Part shown: one piece after another, positions 19,573 to 28,954 of the stretch
Layout of the letters: every line of letters begins with the position of its first letter
Numbering within the stretch: the first letter of the stretch is position 1
Origin: a virus
Taxonomy: Duplodnaviria; Caudoviricetes
Length of the DNA: 60,249 bases
Reading direction: 5' to 3' (one strand)
Virus record (IMG/VR): IMGVR_UViG_3300023210_000037
Span: 1-60,249 of that record
Made by a program: the position numbers and the translations under genes
The notes under the pieces: generated by a model
What the model saw: only the letters and a program-made list of their open reading frames with translations
Databases searched by the model: none
Told to the model about the DNA's origin: nothing

Positions 19573-20352
19573 ATGAGTAAAAAAAATCTATTAAAAGAAG
19601 AATTAAATCGACACATGCAACTTTTGGAGTATACATTCTATATGCCTGAAGTGGAAAATGACGATGAAGAAGATAACTTATTGTTTGATAATTCAGTCAA
19701 TTTATATGAGCAAGATCCAATACCGGGTGTTGATACACCTGAAGAAGGTAATGAAGAAGGTGACCCATTTGCTACACCTGAAGAAGGAGCAGTACCAGAA
19801 GAAGGTGCGGAAGTTGACCCATTTGCAACACCAGAAGCAGGTGGTGAATCAGAAACAGAACCAGATATTGACCCATTTGCCGCTGAAGGTGAAGGTATGG
19901 AGGTTGCTGATGAATTTGCAACTGAAGAACCTGCTGATGAGGAAACAGTTGAGGTAGAGGTTACAGATATAGTTGATAAAGCAGAAGAAACAAGAACAGA
20001 AATCGAAGGTCTTACATCCAAAATGGAAGAATTAATGGGTAGTTTTAGTGAGTTATCTGATCAAGTAAGTGGTATGGATCAAGTTATTGATAAGATTGAT
20101 GGTTTAGAAAAAGAAATTGAAAAAAGAAACCCAACCCCAGTAGAAAAATTAGAAATGAGGTCTATGGATTCATTCCCTTATAGTGTTAAATTAACAGATT
20201 ATTGGGAAGATAAAGAAGGTTATGACACAGGAGAAGGAAATGATGAAGAGGAATACGTAATAACTAAAAAAGAAGTAGACGATTACAGCTCATCCGCTAT
20301 AAGACATTCATTTGATTATGATGTCAATGCGGAAGACGATGAAACCTATTAA
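19573..20352 (+). CDS. Highly acidic protein, possible scaffold/prohead core or internal head protein
   Basis: N-term LLKEELNRHMQLLEY; DPFA repeats; coiled coil; very D/E-rich. Confidence 0.55.
   Translation: MSKKNLLKEELNRHMQLLEYTFYMPEVENDDEEDNLLFDNSVNLYEQDPIPGVDTPEEGNEEGDPFATPEEGAVPEEGAEVDPFATPEAGGESETEPDIDPFAAEGEGMEVADEFATEEPADEETVEVEVTDIVDKAEETRTEIEGLTSKMEELMGSFSELSDQVSGMDQVIDKIDGLEKEIEKRNPTPVEKLEMRSMDSFPYSVKLTDYWEDKEGYDTGEGNDEEEYVITKKEVDDYSSSAIRHSFDYDVNAEDDETY
19762..19880 (+). repeat. Three GACCCATTTGC (DPFA) units with exact 54-nt period
   Basis: Starts at 19762, 19816, 19870. Confidence 0.75.
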
Positions 20353-20376
20353 GTTATTTCCCTCGTTTGACAAATT

Positions 20377-20419
20377 AACCTATAATGTATAAATTTATAC
20401 TATTATAGGTTTTTTTTTG
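20377..20419 (+). terminator. Rho-independent terminator
   Basis: AACCTATAAT-GTATAAATTTATAC-T-ATTATAGGTT hairpin followed by a T-run. Confidence 0.75.
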
Positions 20420-20448
20420 TTGACTTTTTAAATAAAAACGATTATAAT
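20420..20448 (+). promoter_or_regulatory. sigma70-consensus-like promoter for the replication operon
   Basis: TTGACT (20420-25) -17 nt- TATAAT (20443-48), upstream of SSB. Confidence 0.6.
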
Positions 20449-20495
20449 TGTTTAGTTAGAAAAAATAATTTATTAATTAATTAAAAAAAAATAAG

Positions 20496-21380
20496 ATGAG
20501 TAAAACAACATTAGAATCAATTTTATCACAATACGAAAAAAATAGTGATGGTGGTAAAAAACCAAAAGTATCCAATGAGGATAGGTTAAAAAAGTATTTC
20601 ACAGAAAAACTTAAAAAGGGTGAAAATAACACAACTAAGTCATTTAGAATTCTTCCAGGAAAAGAAGGAAGTTCTCCATTTGATGAAATCTATTTACATG
20701 AAAGAGAAGTGAACCATAGATATGAAAAAATTTATTGTAATAAATTAAATGATGGAGAACTTTGTCCTTTATGTGAAGCTGAGGAAGCTTTAAAAATGGA
20801 TGGTAGTAAGAAAGCCAAAGATATGGCGAAAGAATACACACCACGTAAATGGTATGTAGTTAAAGGTATTGATAGAGATAATGAAGATCATGGTGTTAAA
20901 TTCTGGAGATACAAGCATAAATATACTGGTGACGGTGTTCAAGATAAATTAATGCCTGTATTCAAACTGAAAGGTGACATTACAGATGCTAGAGAAGGTC
21001 GCGATATTGTTATCACAACAAATCGTAATGATAAAGGACATTCTGTTGTTAGCTCTATAATGGCGGATGATGTTAGTTTATTAACATCCGACACAGAAAA
21101 AGCCAACGCTTGGTTTAATAACGAAGAAACATTTAGAGATGTTTATTCTAAAAAATCACCAGAATGGTTAGATATAGTAGCAAAAAATATGACACCTATT
21201 TGGGATTCGGGTCTATCTAAATACGTTGCAGAAGAAGAAAAAGAAGAAACGGAAACTGCATCATTAGAAGATGAAATTAATTTACTTAAAAATGATGTGG
21301 TTACAAATACATTAGAAAATGATGGTGATGGGGTTGATACAACCACACTTGAAACTAATGATGATGAACTACCATTTTAA
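20496..21380 (+). CDS. Single-stranded DNA-binding protein (T4 gp32-like)
   Basis: FRILP...H.....C......CPLC Zn motif, GVKFW, DIT....GRD, acidic tail ending DDELPF. Confidence 0.85.
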   Translation: MSKTTLESILSQYEKNSDGGKKPKVSNEDRLKKYFTEKLKKGENNTTKSFRILPGKEGSSPFDEIYLHEREVNHRYEKIYCNKLNDGELCPLCEAEEALKMDGSKKAKDMAKEYTPRKWYVVKGIDRDNEDHGVKFWRYKHKYTGDGVQDKLMPVFKLKGDITDAREGRDIVITTNRNDKGHSVVSSIMADDVSLLTSDTEKANAWFNNEETFRDVYSKKSPEWLDIVAKNMTPIWDSGLSKYVAEEEKEETETASLEDEINLLKNDVVTNTLENDGDGVDTTTLETNDDELPF

Positions 21381-21394
21381 AAAAGTGAATTAAT

Positions 21395-22450
21395 ATGGCA
21401 AAGAAACCAATTAAGAAGAAAAAGACTGATTTTTCTAACATCAGAAAAAAGTTTTCATCCAAGGAAAAATATAAAGAACAGAAATATTTTGACTTGGGGG
21501 AGGCTTTCCAAAAAGCAACAGGTATTCCTGGACCAGCTATGGGTCAAATTAATATGATGTTAGGGCATTCAGATACAGGAAAGACAACTGCACTTATACA
21601 AGCCGCAGTCGATGCACAGAAAAAAGGTATCTTACCGATATTCATTATTACTGAACAAAAATTTAGTTTTGAACACGCTAAACAAATGGGTTTAAAAACT
21701 GATTATGTGGAGGAAATAGATGAAACAACTGGTGAAGTTACTGGTTATTGGGATGGATTTTTGTTATATAAATTAGGGTTTGATTATATTGAACAAGCCT
21801 TTGAATATGTAACAGAAGTTCTAGACGGGCAAAAAGAAGGTGAGATACCACACGATATATTATTTTGTTGGGACTCTATAGGTACTATACCTTGTAAAAT
21901 GAGTTTCGATGGAAAAGGTGGAAACCAACATACTGCTAGAACTATTTCAGAAAAATGGGGAATGGGTATGGCTCAGAGAATTACATCTTCGAGAAAAGAA
22001 TCCTCCCCATATACGAACACTATGATTTTCGTAAACCAACCTTGGGTAGAACTACCTGATAACCCCTTCAGTCAACCAAAAATACAACCCAAAGGTGGTC
22101 AATCAATTTATTTATCCTGTGCCTTAGTATTCCTATTTGGGAATCAAAAAAATGCTGGAATATCAAAACTATCTGCCACCAATAAAGGTAGAAAAGTTAA
22201 TTTCGCCATTAGAACTAAGGTTGGTATACATAAAAACCATATGAATGGGTTAGGATACGCTGATTGTAGGATATTAGCTACTACACATGGATTTATCGAA
22301 GATGATAAAAAAGCCATAGAAGATTATAAGGGAGTACAAAAAGAGTATTGGTCAGAAATTTTTGAAAATGTAGGTGATGGTATAGTAGATTTTGAGATAG
22401 AAGATGATGAAACATATATCGAAACACCTGTAGAATATTCTGATAAATAA
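21395..22450 (+). CDS. uvsX: RecA/UvsX-like recombinase
   Basis: Walker A GHSDTGKT, Walker B FCWDSIG, IFVNQ, PKGG. Confidence 0.85.
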   Translation: MAKKPIKKKKTDFSNIRKKFSSKEKYKEQKYFDLGEAFQKATGIPGPAMGQINMMLGHSDTGKTTALIQAAVDAQKKGILPIFIITEQKFSFEHAKQMGLKTDYVEEIDETTGEVTGYWDGFLLYKLGFDYIEQAFEYVTEVLDGQKEGEIPHDILFCWDSIGTIPCKMSFDGKGGNQHTARTISEKWGMGMAQRITSSRKESSPYTNTMIFVNQPWVELPDNPFSQPKIQPKGGQSIYLSCALVFLFGNQKNAGISKLSATNKGRKVNFAIRTKVGIHKNHMNGLGYADCRILATTHGFIEDDKKAIEDYKGVQKEYWSEIFENVGDGIVDFEIEDDETYIETPVEYSDK

Positions 22451-22482
22451 TTTTAGTATTAATCTTATAATAGTTATGGAGA

Positions 22483-23526
22483 GTGCCAAAACCAACTAAA
22501 ACAAAAAAATACACACACACCTTATTAGTAGATGGAGATTCATTATTGAAAACCGCCTATCATGGAGCAAAAGACCTTTATAATAAAGGTAACCATATAG
22601 GTGGTATTTTTCAGTTCTTAACTATGTTAAGAAAAGTTATTAATGAAAATCGTTTTGATAAGGTTTTTATATTTTGGGATGGTCAGTTTAGCGGACGTTT
22701 GCGTCATGAAATTTATAAAGAATATAAGGCTAATAGAGAAAAAGATTTCTATAATCATCGAGAACCCAAAGACCCTGATCTATACATCCAAAAACATAGG
22801 GTATCCCAATATTGTGAAGAATTATTCATACGGCAATTTCAAGATGAAATAATTGAGGCAGATGATTCTATAGGGTATTATTGTTCTAATATAGAAGATG
22901 ATGAAAAAGTTGTGATAATCTCTAACGATAGAGATATGTGTCAACTGATAGATGATAGGGTAGCAATATATGTCATTAACCTTAGAAAAATCATAAGTAA
23001 GTATAACTATTGTGAACATTTTAATCACCATTATACTAATGTTAAATTAGTAAAAATATTGTCTGGAGATGCTAGCGATAATATAAAGGGGATACAGGGT
23101 GTTAAAGAAAAAACACTTATAAAGTATTTTCCTGAAATTTGTAAAAAAACTTTGACATTAAAAGATATTATTAGTAAAATTGAAGTATTACAAAACGAAA
23201 GAAAAACAAGATTGAAAACATTAGATAACATAAAAAATAAAGTTACGGTTGGATGTCAGGGTGAGGATATCTTTGAAATTAATGAAAAGATTATAAACCT
23301 AAGAAAACCATTATTAACAGAATCAGCGAAAGAACATCTTAATAATTTATTTGTCTCACCTATTGACCCAGAAGATAGAACAACAAAAAATGTTATTAAG
23401 ATGATGTTAGAAGATGGAATAATAATGGCAATACCCGGTGGAAGAGATGGTTATATAAATTTTTTAAAACCATTTTTAAGAATAATAAAAAAAGAAAAAA
23501 ATTTCTTTAATATAAGCAAAAAATAA
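22483..23526 (+). CDS. 5'-3' exonuclease / flap endonuclease (PolA N-terminal / T4 RNase H-like)
   Basis: LLVDGD, YKANR, EADD, SNDRD, GDASDNIKGIQGV(K)EKT. Confidence 0.9.
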   Translation: MPKPTKTKKYTHTLLVDGDSLLKTAYHGAKDLYNKGNHIGGIFQFLTMLRKVINENRFDKVFIFWDGQFSGRLRHEIYKEYKANREKDFYNHREPKDPDLYIQKHRVSQYCEELFIRQFQDEIIEADDSIGYYCSNIEDDEKVVIISNDRDMCQLIDDRVAIYVINLRKIISKYNYCEHFNHHYTNVKLVKILSGDASDNIKGIQGVKEKTLIKYFPEICKKTLTLKDIISKIEVLQNERKTRLKTLDNIKNKVTVGCQGEDIFEINEKIINLRKPLLTESAKEHLNNLFVSPIDPEDRTTKNVIKMMLEDGIIMAIPGGRDGYINFLKPFLRIIKKEKNFFNISKK

Positions 23527-23532
23527 AATACT

Positions 23533-24000
23533 ATGAAAAAGAATTATGAAAATCTCCCGTATGAATTTTTATTATTAATTAATGACAAACCAATAGTTGG
23601 TAGAAATTTTTCTATAAGAGGATTTAATAGTGATAGTTTAAGATCACTTGAATTAAAAGAGGTAATAGATGATGCGGTAAACATAATAAAACGCCAATTT
23701 AGATCAAAAACATCGGATTACCTTTTTAAATATTATAATCCTTACTTCGCTTATTCGGATGTTGTTGTTGATACTGAACCACATAAAGTAGATATTTACG
23801 CAAATGAAGACATCTTCACATTACAAATAAAAGTAAAGGGAAATGTCGTAATACAAAAGATTTTTTCTGGGAATCATTACCCCCCAAAAGTAAGGTATGA
23901 TGTAGACATAAGAAAAAATATTCCCGATATCATAGCTACAATACAAAATGGGTTAGTTCAGAAAAATTATACAAAAGAATTGTGCGGTTACGCGCTTTAA
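23533..24000 (+). CDS. Hypothetical protein (155 aa)
   Basis: ORF within the replication operon. Confidence 0.7.
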   Translation: MKKNYENLPYEFLLLINDKPIVGRNFSIRGFNSDSLRSLELKEVIDDAVNIIKRQFRSKTSDYLFKYYNPYFAYSDVVVDTEPHKVDIYANEDIFTLQIKVKGNVVIQKIFSGNHYPPKVRYDVDIRKNIPDIIATIQNGLVQKNYTKELCGYAL

Positions 24001-24034
24001 AGGATATATATTAATATAGTAAATTATAAAAAAT

Positions 24035-25423
24035 ATGACTAAAAAAAATAGTGTAAATTTAGGTTACTTAGGTTTTAATTTTCAGATAAAATTAGTCAAA
24101 CAGTTAATAGAAGATATAAAATTTTCAGAAGAAATAATGGACATTGTTAGTCCACAATATTTCGACAATGAATACCTTAGATTAGTTGTTGCTAGTGTGA
24201 AAGATTATTATGAAAAGTATGAAACGATACCTACATATGAAACAGTTTTTGAAATTATTAGGGTAGACATTAAACGAGAAATTGTTAGGGATTCTGCTAT
24301 TGAAATAGTGAAAGATGTCAAAAATGGTGATAGCAAGGATTGTTTACATATCCAAGATACTGCACTTAAGTTTTGCAAACAACAAGAACTTAAGAAGGCA
24401 AATCAAAAAATTCAGAAGATATTAGAGTTAGGGGATTTCGATAGGTATGATGAGTGTGAAGAGATATTAAAGGGTGCTTTATCCGTTGGTGGTGAAAAAG
24501 ATACAGGTATCGATGTATTTCATGCCATAGAAGATGTGTTAAGTGATGATTTTAGGTCACCGATTGCCACAGGTATGATTGCTATAGATAACTTAATGGA
24601 TGGTGGTTTATCTAAAGGAGAATTGGGTGTTATATTGGCCCCGTTCGGTGTTGGTAAAACTACTTTGGTAACTAAAATGGCAAATAACGCATATAATTTA
24701 GGTTATAATGTCGTACAAATATTTTTTGAAGATAATCCAAAGGTTATACAAAGAAAACATATAACGTGTTGGACAGAAGTACCGTTAAGTGAACTAACGG
24801 AAAACAGAGAAGAAATTAAAAAAGTAATACCCAAATTTAAATCAAAAGAGGGTAGTTTAATTTTAAAGAAAATGCCCAGTGATGGTACAACAATACCAAA
24901 AATAAAACAATATTTAAAAAAATTAACATCTAATGGTACTAAACCAGATATAGTTTTTATTGATTATATGGATTGCGTAGCTCCAACTAAACAATTCAAA
25001 GATGAGTGGAGTGGTGAAGGAAATGTGATGAGACAATTTGAAACTATGATTACAGAATTAGATGTTGTTGGTTGGACAGCAATACAGGGTAATAGAAGTT
25101 CTATCGGAGCATCTGTAGTAGAAGCGGATATGATAGGGGGATCAATCAAAAAAGGTCAGATAGGACACTTTATAATATCAATTGCTAAAACATTGGAACA
25201 AAAGGAAGCCGGAACCGCAACTTTAGCAATATTAAAATCTAGGTTCGGGAAAGATGGGGTATTATTCGAAGACATATTATTTGATAATGGCACATTAAAA
25301 ATTGACACTGATATATCTAGTGATGTTTCTTTTTTGGACTTTGAAAAAGGTGAAGAAAAGAAAAAATCTAATTTAGTTATTGAGGCGATGAGGAAGAAAA
25401 AACGAGTTTTCGGGGAACAGTAA
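24035..25423 (+). CDS. Replicative DNA helicase (DnaB/T4 gp41-like)
   Basis: GGLSKGEL, Walker A APFGVGKT, IVFIDYMD, WTAIQGNR, KSRFG. Confidence 0.9.
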   Translation: MTKKNSVNLGYLGFNFQIKLVKQLIEDIKFSEEIMDIVSPQYFDNEYLRLVVASVKDYYEKYETIPTYETVFEIIRVDIKREIVRDSAIEIVKDVKNGDSKDCLHIQDTALKFCKQQELKKANQKIQKILELGDFDRYDECEEILKGALSVGGEKDTGIDVFHAIEDVLSDDFRSPIATGMIAIDNLMDGGLSKGELGVILAPFGVGKTTLVTKMANNAYNLGYNVVQIFFEDNPKVIQRKHITCWTEVPLSELTENREEIKKVIPKFKSKEGSLILKKMPSDGTTIPKIKQYLKKLTSNGTKPDIVFIDYMDCVAPTKQFKDEWSGEGNVMRQFETMITELDVVGWTAIQGNRSSIGASVVEADMIGGSIKKGQIGHFIISIAKTLEQKEAGTATLAILKSRFGKDGVLFEDILFDNGTLKIDTDISSDVSFLDFEKGEEKKKSNLVIEAMRKKKRVFGEQ

Positions 25424-25514
25424 GTTATTGTTTAACTTATTAAAAAAATTTTATTAATGATTAATTTTGTTAAGTGAATTAACACCCCCTAATAAAAAGA
25501 AAAAAATAGTAAAT

Positions 25515-28310
25515 ATGGATGTAACAAACAAAATATTATCAGACATTACAGTGTATATGAAATACGCTAAATACTTACCAGAATTAAATAGAAGAGAGAC
25601 GTGGGAAGAACTGGTTACGAGAAATAAGAATATGCACATTAAGAAATATCCTGAATTAAAAGATGAGATAGAGGAAAAATATAAATTTGTATACGATAAA
25701 AAAGTATTACCATCTATGAGGTCAATGCAATTCGCTGGTAAGTCCATTGAGATATCACCTAACAGAGTTTATAACTGTGCGTTTTTACCTATTGATTCAG
25801 TAGAGTCGTTTAGTGAGACAATGTTTTTACTTTTAGGTGGAACAGGTGTTGGGTACTCAGTACAAAAACATCATGTAGAGAAACTACAACCAATAAATAA
25901 ACCATATAGTAAAAGAAAAAGAAGGTTCTTAATTGGGGACTCAATCGAAGGATGGGCTGACTCAATTAAAGTATTGATGAAATCATATATTGGTGATAAA
26001 AGAAGTTCTAGTATAGAATTTGATTTTTCGGACATTAGACCAAAAGGGGCTAGATTAGTTACTTCTGGTGGTAAAGCACCGGGACCACAACCATTAAAGG
26101 AATGTATTGTTAAAATAAAAGGTATTTTAGAAAGTAAATCTGATGGTGAAAATTTATCCACACTTGAAACACATGATATTGTATGTTACATTGCTGACGC
26201 AGTGTTAGCTGGTGGTATTCGTAGGGCAGCTTTAATTAGTCTATTTAGTGCAGATGATGACGAAATGATTTCTTGTAAAACAGGTAACTGGTGGGAAACT
26301 AACCCACAAAGGGGTAGGTCAAATAATTCAGCGGTTCTTATTAGACATAAAATCACTAAAGATTTCTTTATGGAATTGTGGAAAAGAATTGAACTGTCAG
26401 GTGCAGGTGAACCAGGAATTTACCTATCAAATGATAAGTCCTGGGGAACAAATCCCTGTTGTTTTGTAGGTGATACATTAGTTGCTACTGCAGATGGAAG
26501 AAACGCTGTTAGTATTGCTCAGTTAGAGAAAGAGAATTATAAAGGACCTGTTTATTCTATCCAAACACAAACCGGTCAAGTAGTAACATCTTATTGTTCT
26601 AATGTTTGGGTGAGTAAAAAAAATGCAGAGTTAGTTGAGGTTAAGTTAGATGACGGTTCAAGTTTTAGGTGTACACCTGAACATAAAATTATGTTAAGGG
26701 GTTGTAACTATGTTGAAGCTAAAGATTTAGTTAATGGGGTTAGTTTAATGCCGTTTAATTCATTTAAAAGACCCGATAGGGATTATAGGATGATATGTTC
26801 TAACACTGGAAGAGATTTAGCTCAATACGCTCATGTATCACAATATTATGATATTATTAAAAATGGATATGAAAAACAACATATCCACCATATAGATGGT
26901 AATGGTTTAAATGATTTACCAGAAAACTTAGAATCTATTAACGCAAAAGAACATAATAGAAACCATATGTTAGGAGATAAGAATTCTTTTTTTAAGATTA
27001 AAGATTTAGATTCTTGGAAAGAGAAACAATCAAGTAGACAATTAGGTGTAAAAAATAGTAATTCTAACGGAATAACAACTGAGGAAATGTTAATTAGGTT
27101 GAGGTCTAGAAGAGTACAAAAGTTGAAAAGGTTAACCCAAAAGGAAATATTAGAAACATGTAATGTTAAATTTTTATCTAAAGGTAGGTTAACTGAAATG
27201 AATGTTAATAGTATATCTGAATTACAGGATGATCTATGTGAAATGATAAACCATAAGGTTGTTAGCGTTGATTTTATATCAGAAAGAGAAGATGTTTATG
27301 ATATGACAGTTGAGGGGACACATAATTTTGGTATTATAACATCCAGTACTGATGATAACTTTATAAATAGTTCAGGTATTTTTGTTCATAATTGTGAAAT
27401 AGCGCTAAGACCATTTCAGTTCTGTAACTTATGTGAAGTAAACGTTTCTAATATCGAATCACAAGAAGATTTAAATGTGAGAGTTAAAGCTGCTGCGTTC
27501 ATAGGGACGTTACAAGCTGGTTATACGGGCTTTCATTATCTTAGAGAGATATGGCAAGAAACTACAGAGAAAGACGCTCTAATAGGTGTTTCTATGACTG
27601 GAATTGGAAGTGGTGTAGTATTAGGATATGATTTAGAAAAATCTGCTGATATAGTAAAGAGAGAAAATAGTAGAGTTGCTAAATTAATAGATATTAAAAA
27701 GAGTTCTAGGTGTACCACAGTAAAACCTGCGGGAACAACATCCCTAACTTTAGGGACATCATCGGGAATACATGCTTGGCACAATGATTACTATATTAGA
27801 AGGGTTAGAGTTGGTAAAAATGAATCAATATATAAATATTTAATTGTTAATCATCCAGAATTGTTAGAGGATGATTTCTTTAGATCACATGATACGGCAA
27901 TTATCACTATCCCACAGAAAGCACCGAAAGGTTCAATATTAAGAACAGAATCACCATTTGACCTTTTAGAAAGAGTTAAAAAAGTGGCGATAGAATGGGT
28001 AAAAAGTGGACATAGAAATGGTTCTAACACTCACAACGTTTCCGCAACCATATCCCTTAAAGAAGAAGATTGGGAATTAGCTGGTGAATGGATGTGGACA
28101 AATAAAGAACACTATAATGGTTTATCTGTATTACCTTATAATGGTGGTACATATACTCAAGCACCTTTCGAAGATATAACTGAAGAAAAGTATAATGAAA
28201 TGGTAAAACATTTAAATAACATTGATTTATCTCTAATCGTAGAAGAAACTGACGAAACGGATTTAAGTGGTGAATTAGCATGCGCTGGGTCATCTTGCGA
28301 AATTAAATAA
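25515..28310 (+). CDS. nrdJ: Class II (adenosylcobalamin-dependent) ribonucleoside-triphosphate reductase, intein-containing
   Basis: YAKY..RRETW, PSMR, YNCAF, GGIRRAA, TNPC|CEI, CNL, TTVKPAGT, C-terminal CAGSSC; no NrdB beta subunit nearby; start at ATG 25515. Confidence 0.9.
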   Translation: MDVTNKILSDITVYMKYAKYLPELNRRETWEELVTRNKNMHIKKYPELKDEIEEKYKFVYDKKVLPSMRSMQFAGKSIEISPNRVYNCAFLPIDSVESFSETMFLLLGGTGVGYSVQKHHVEKLQPINKPYSKRKRRFLIGDSIEGWADSIKVLMKSYIGDKRSSSIEFDFSDIRPKGARLVTSGGKAPGPQPLKECIVKIKGILESKSDGENLSTLETHDIVCYIADAVLAGGIRRAALISLFSADDDEMISCKTGNWWETNPQRGRSNNSAVLIRHKITKDFFMELWKRIELSGAGEPGIYLSNDKSWGTNPCCFVGDTLVATADGRNAVSIAQLEKENYKGPVYSIQTQTGQVVTSYCSNVWVSKKNAELVEVKLDDGSSFRCTPEHKIMLRGCNYVEAKDLVNGVSLMPFNSFKRPDRDYRMICSNTGRDLAQYAHVSQYYDIIKNGYEKQHIHHIDGNGLNDLPENLESINAKEHNRNHMLGDKNSFFKIKDLDSWKEKQSSRQLGVKNSNSNGITTEEMLIRLRSRRVQKLKRLTQKEILETCNVKFLSKGRLTEMNVNSISELQDDLCEMINHKVVSVDFISEREDVYDMTVEGTHNFGIITSSTDDNFINSSGIFVHNCEIALRPFQFCNLCEVNVSNIESQEDLNVRVKAAAFIGTLQAGYTGFHYLREIWQETTEKDALIGVSMTGIGSGVVLGYDLEKSADIVKRENSRVAKLIDIKKSSRCTTVKPAGTTSLTLGTSSGIHAWHNDYYIRRVRVGKNESIYKYLIVNHPELLEDDFFRSHDTAIITIPQKAPKGSILRTESPFDLLERVKKVAIEWVKSGHRNGSNTHNVSATISLKEEDWELAGEWMWTNKEHYNGLSVLPYNGGTYTQAPFEDITEEKYNEMVKHLNNIDLSLIVEETDETDLSGELACAGSSCEIK
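26460..27392 (+). mobile_element. Intein (311 aa) with HNH homing endonuclease
   Basis: Starts CFVGDT, block B CTPEHK, HHIDGNGLNDLPENL HNH, block F VYDMTVEGTHNF, ends VHN followed by Cys. Confidence 0.92.
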
Positions 28311-28311
28311 A

Positions 28312-28488
28312 ATGATAAACCCAACAGAAGATTGGATATATGATTTATATATTAAAGAAACTATAAATCGTAAGATAAAACCAATACCCAAGGATCAACA
28401 CGTAAGTAGGGGTAGTTGTTGTGGGAACGAATGTTTACATTGTCCATACATACCCAAACACGAAAAAGGTGCTACAGATACCAAATAA
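28312..28488 (+). CDS. Small Cys-rich protein (58 aa, DUF5522-like)
   Basis: RGSCCGNECLHCPY motif; missed by ORF track. Confidence 0.7.
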   Translation: MINPTEDWIYDLYIKETINRKIKPIPKDQHVSRGSCCGNECLHCPYIPKHEKGATDTK

Positions 28489-28490
28489 TT

Positions 28491-28520
28491 AAAAGTCAGT
28501 TAATCACTGACTTTTTTTTT
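28491..28520 (+). terminator. Rho-independent terminator ending the replication operon
   Basis: AAAAGTCAGT-taatc-ACTGACTTTT perfect stem plus T-run. Confidence 0.85.
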
Positions 28521-28555
28521 ATCTACACTTTTCTTTTAAAAAATTTATTGTAGAA

Positions 28556-28563
28556 TATTTATA
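28556..28563 (+). promoter_or_regulatory. TATTTATA motif, candidate late promoter
   Basis: After terminator, 5 nt upstream of gp25-like ATG. Confidence 0.6.
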
Positions 28564-28568
28564 TACAA

Positions 28569-28952
28569 ATGGCAGAGAGTAGATTTATAAATATTGATTT
28601 TCCCTTTAGGGATAGTAAAGAAGGATTTTATTTTAATTTAACAAAAACAAATGAAACCGCAATACGTGCAGACCTTTTACATTTATTATTAACTAATAAA
28701 GGGGAAAGGTTATATATGCCAGATTTCGGTAGTGATTTAAAAAAGTTTATTTTTGAACCAAATGATAGTATAACACATATCGACATTAAAAATAACATAA
28801 ACGAAACAATAAAAAAATATATACCGAATCTTATAATAGATTCAATAGAGTTTAAAAACAACGATATTGAAGAATTGATAGTTGTTGAGGTAAAGTATAC
28901 AGTAACAGAAGGAGCATTCTCATCTTCAGATGTTGTTGAAATAACATTTTAA
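28569..28952 (+). CDS. Baseplate wedge protein (T4 gp25/GPW-like)
   Basis: LLLTNKGERLYMPDFGSDL..FIFEP motif. Confidence 0.9.
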   Translation: MAESRFINIDFPFRDSKEGFYFNLTKTNETAIRADLLHLLLTNKGERLYMPDFGSDLKKFIFEPNDSITHIDIKNNINETIKKYIPNLIIDSIEFKNNDIEELIVVEVKYTVTEGAFSSSDVVEITF

Positions 28953-28954
28953 AT

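Noticed and set aside
20367-20386. TTGACA followed by TATAAT
   Set aside because: Spacer is only 8 nt and the TATAAT is part of the terminator stem
25467-25514. Extended N-terminus of nrdJ in the ORF track
   Set aside because: TTG start with low-complexity sequence; ATG 25515 (MDVTNKILSDITVYMKYAKY) fits the family start better
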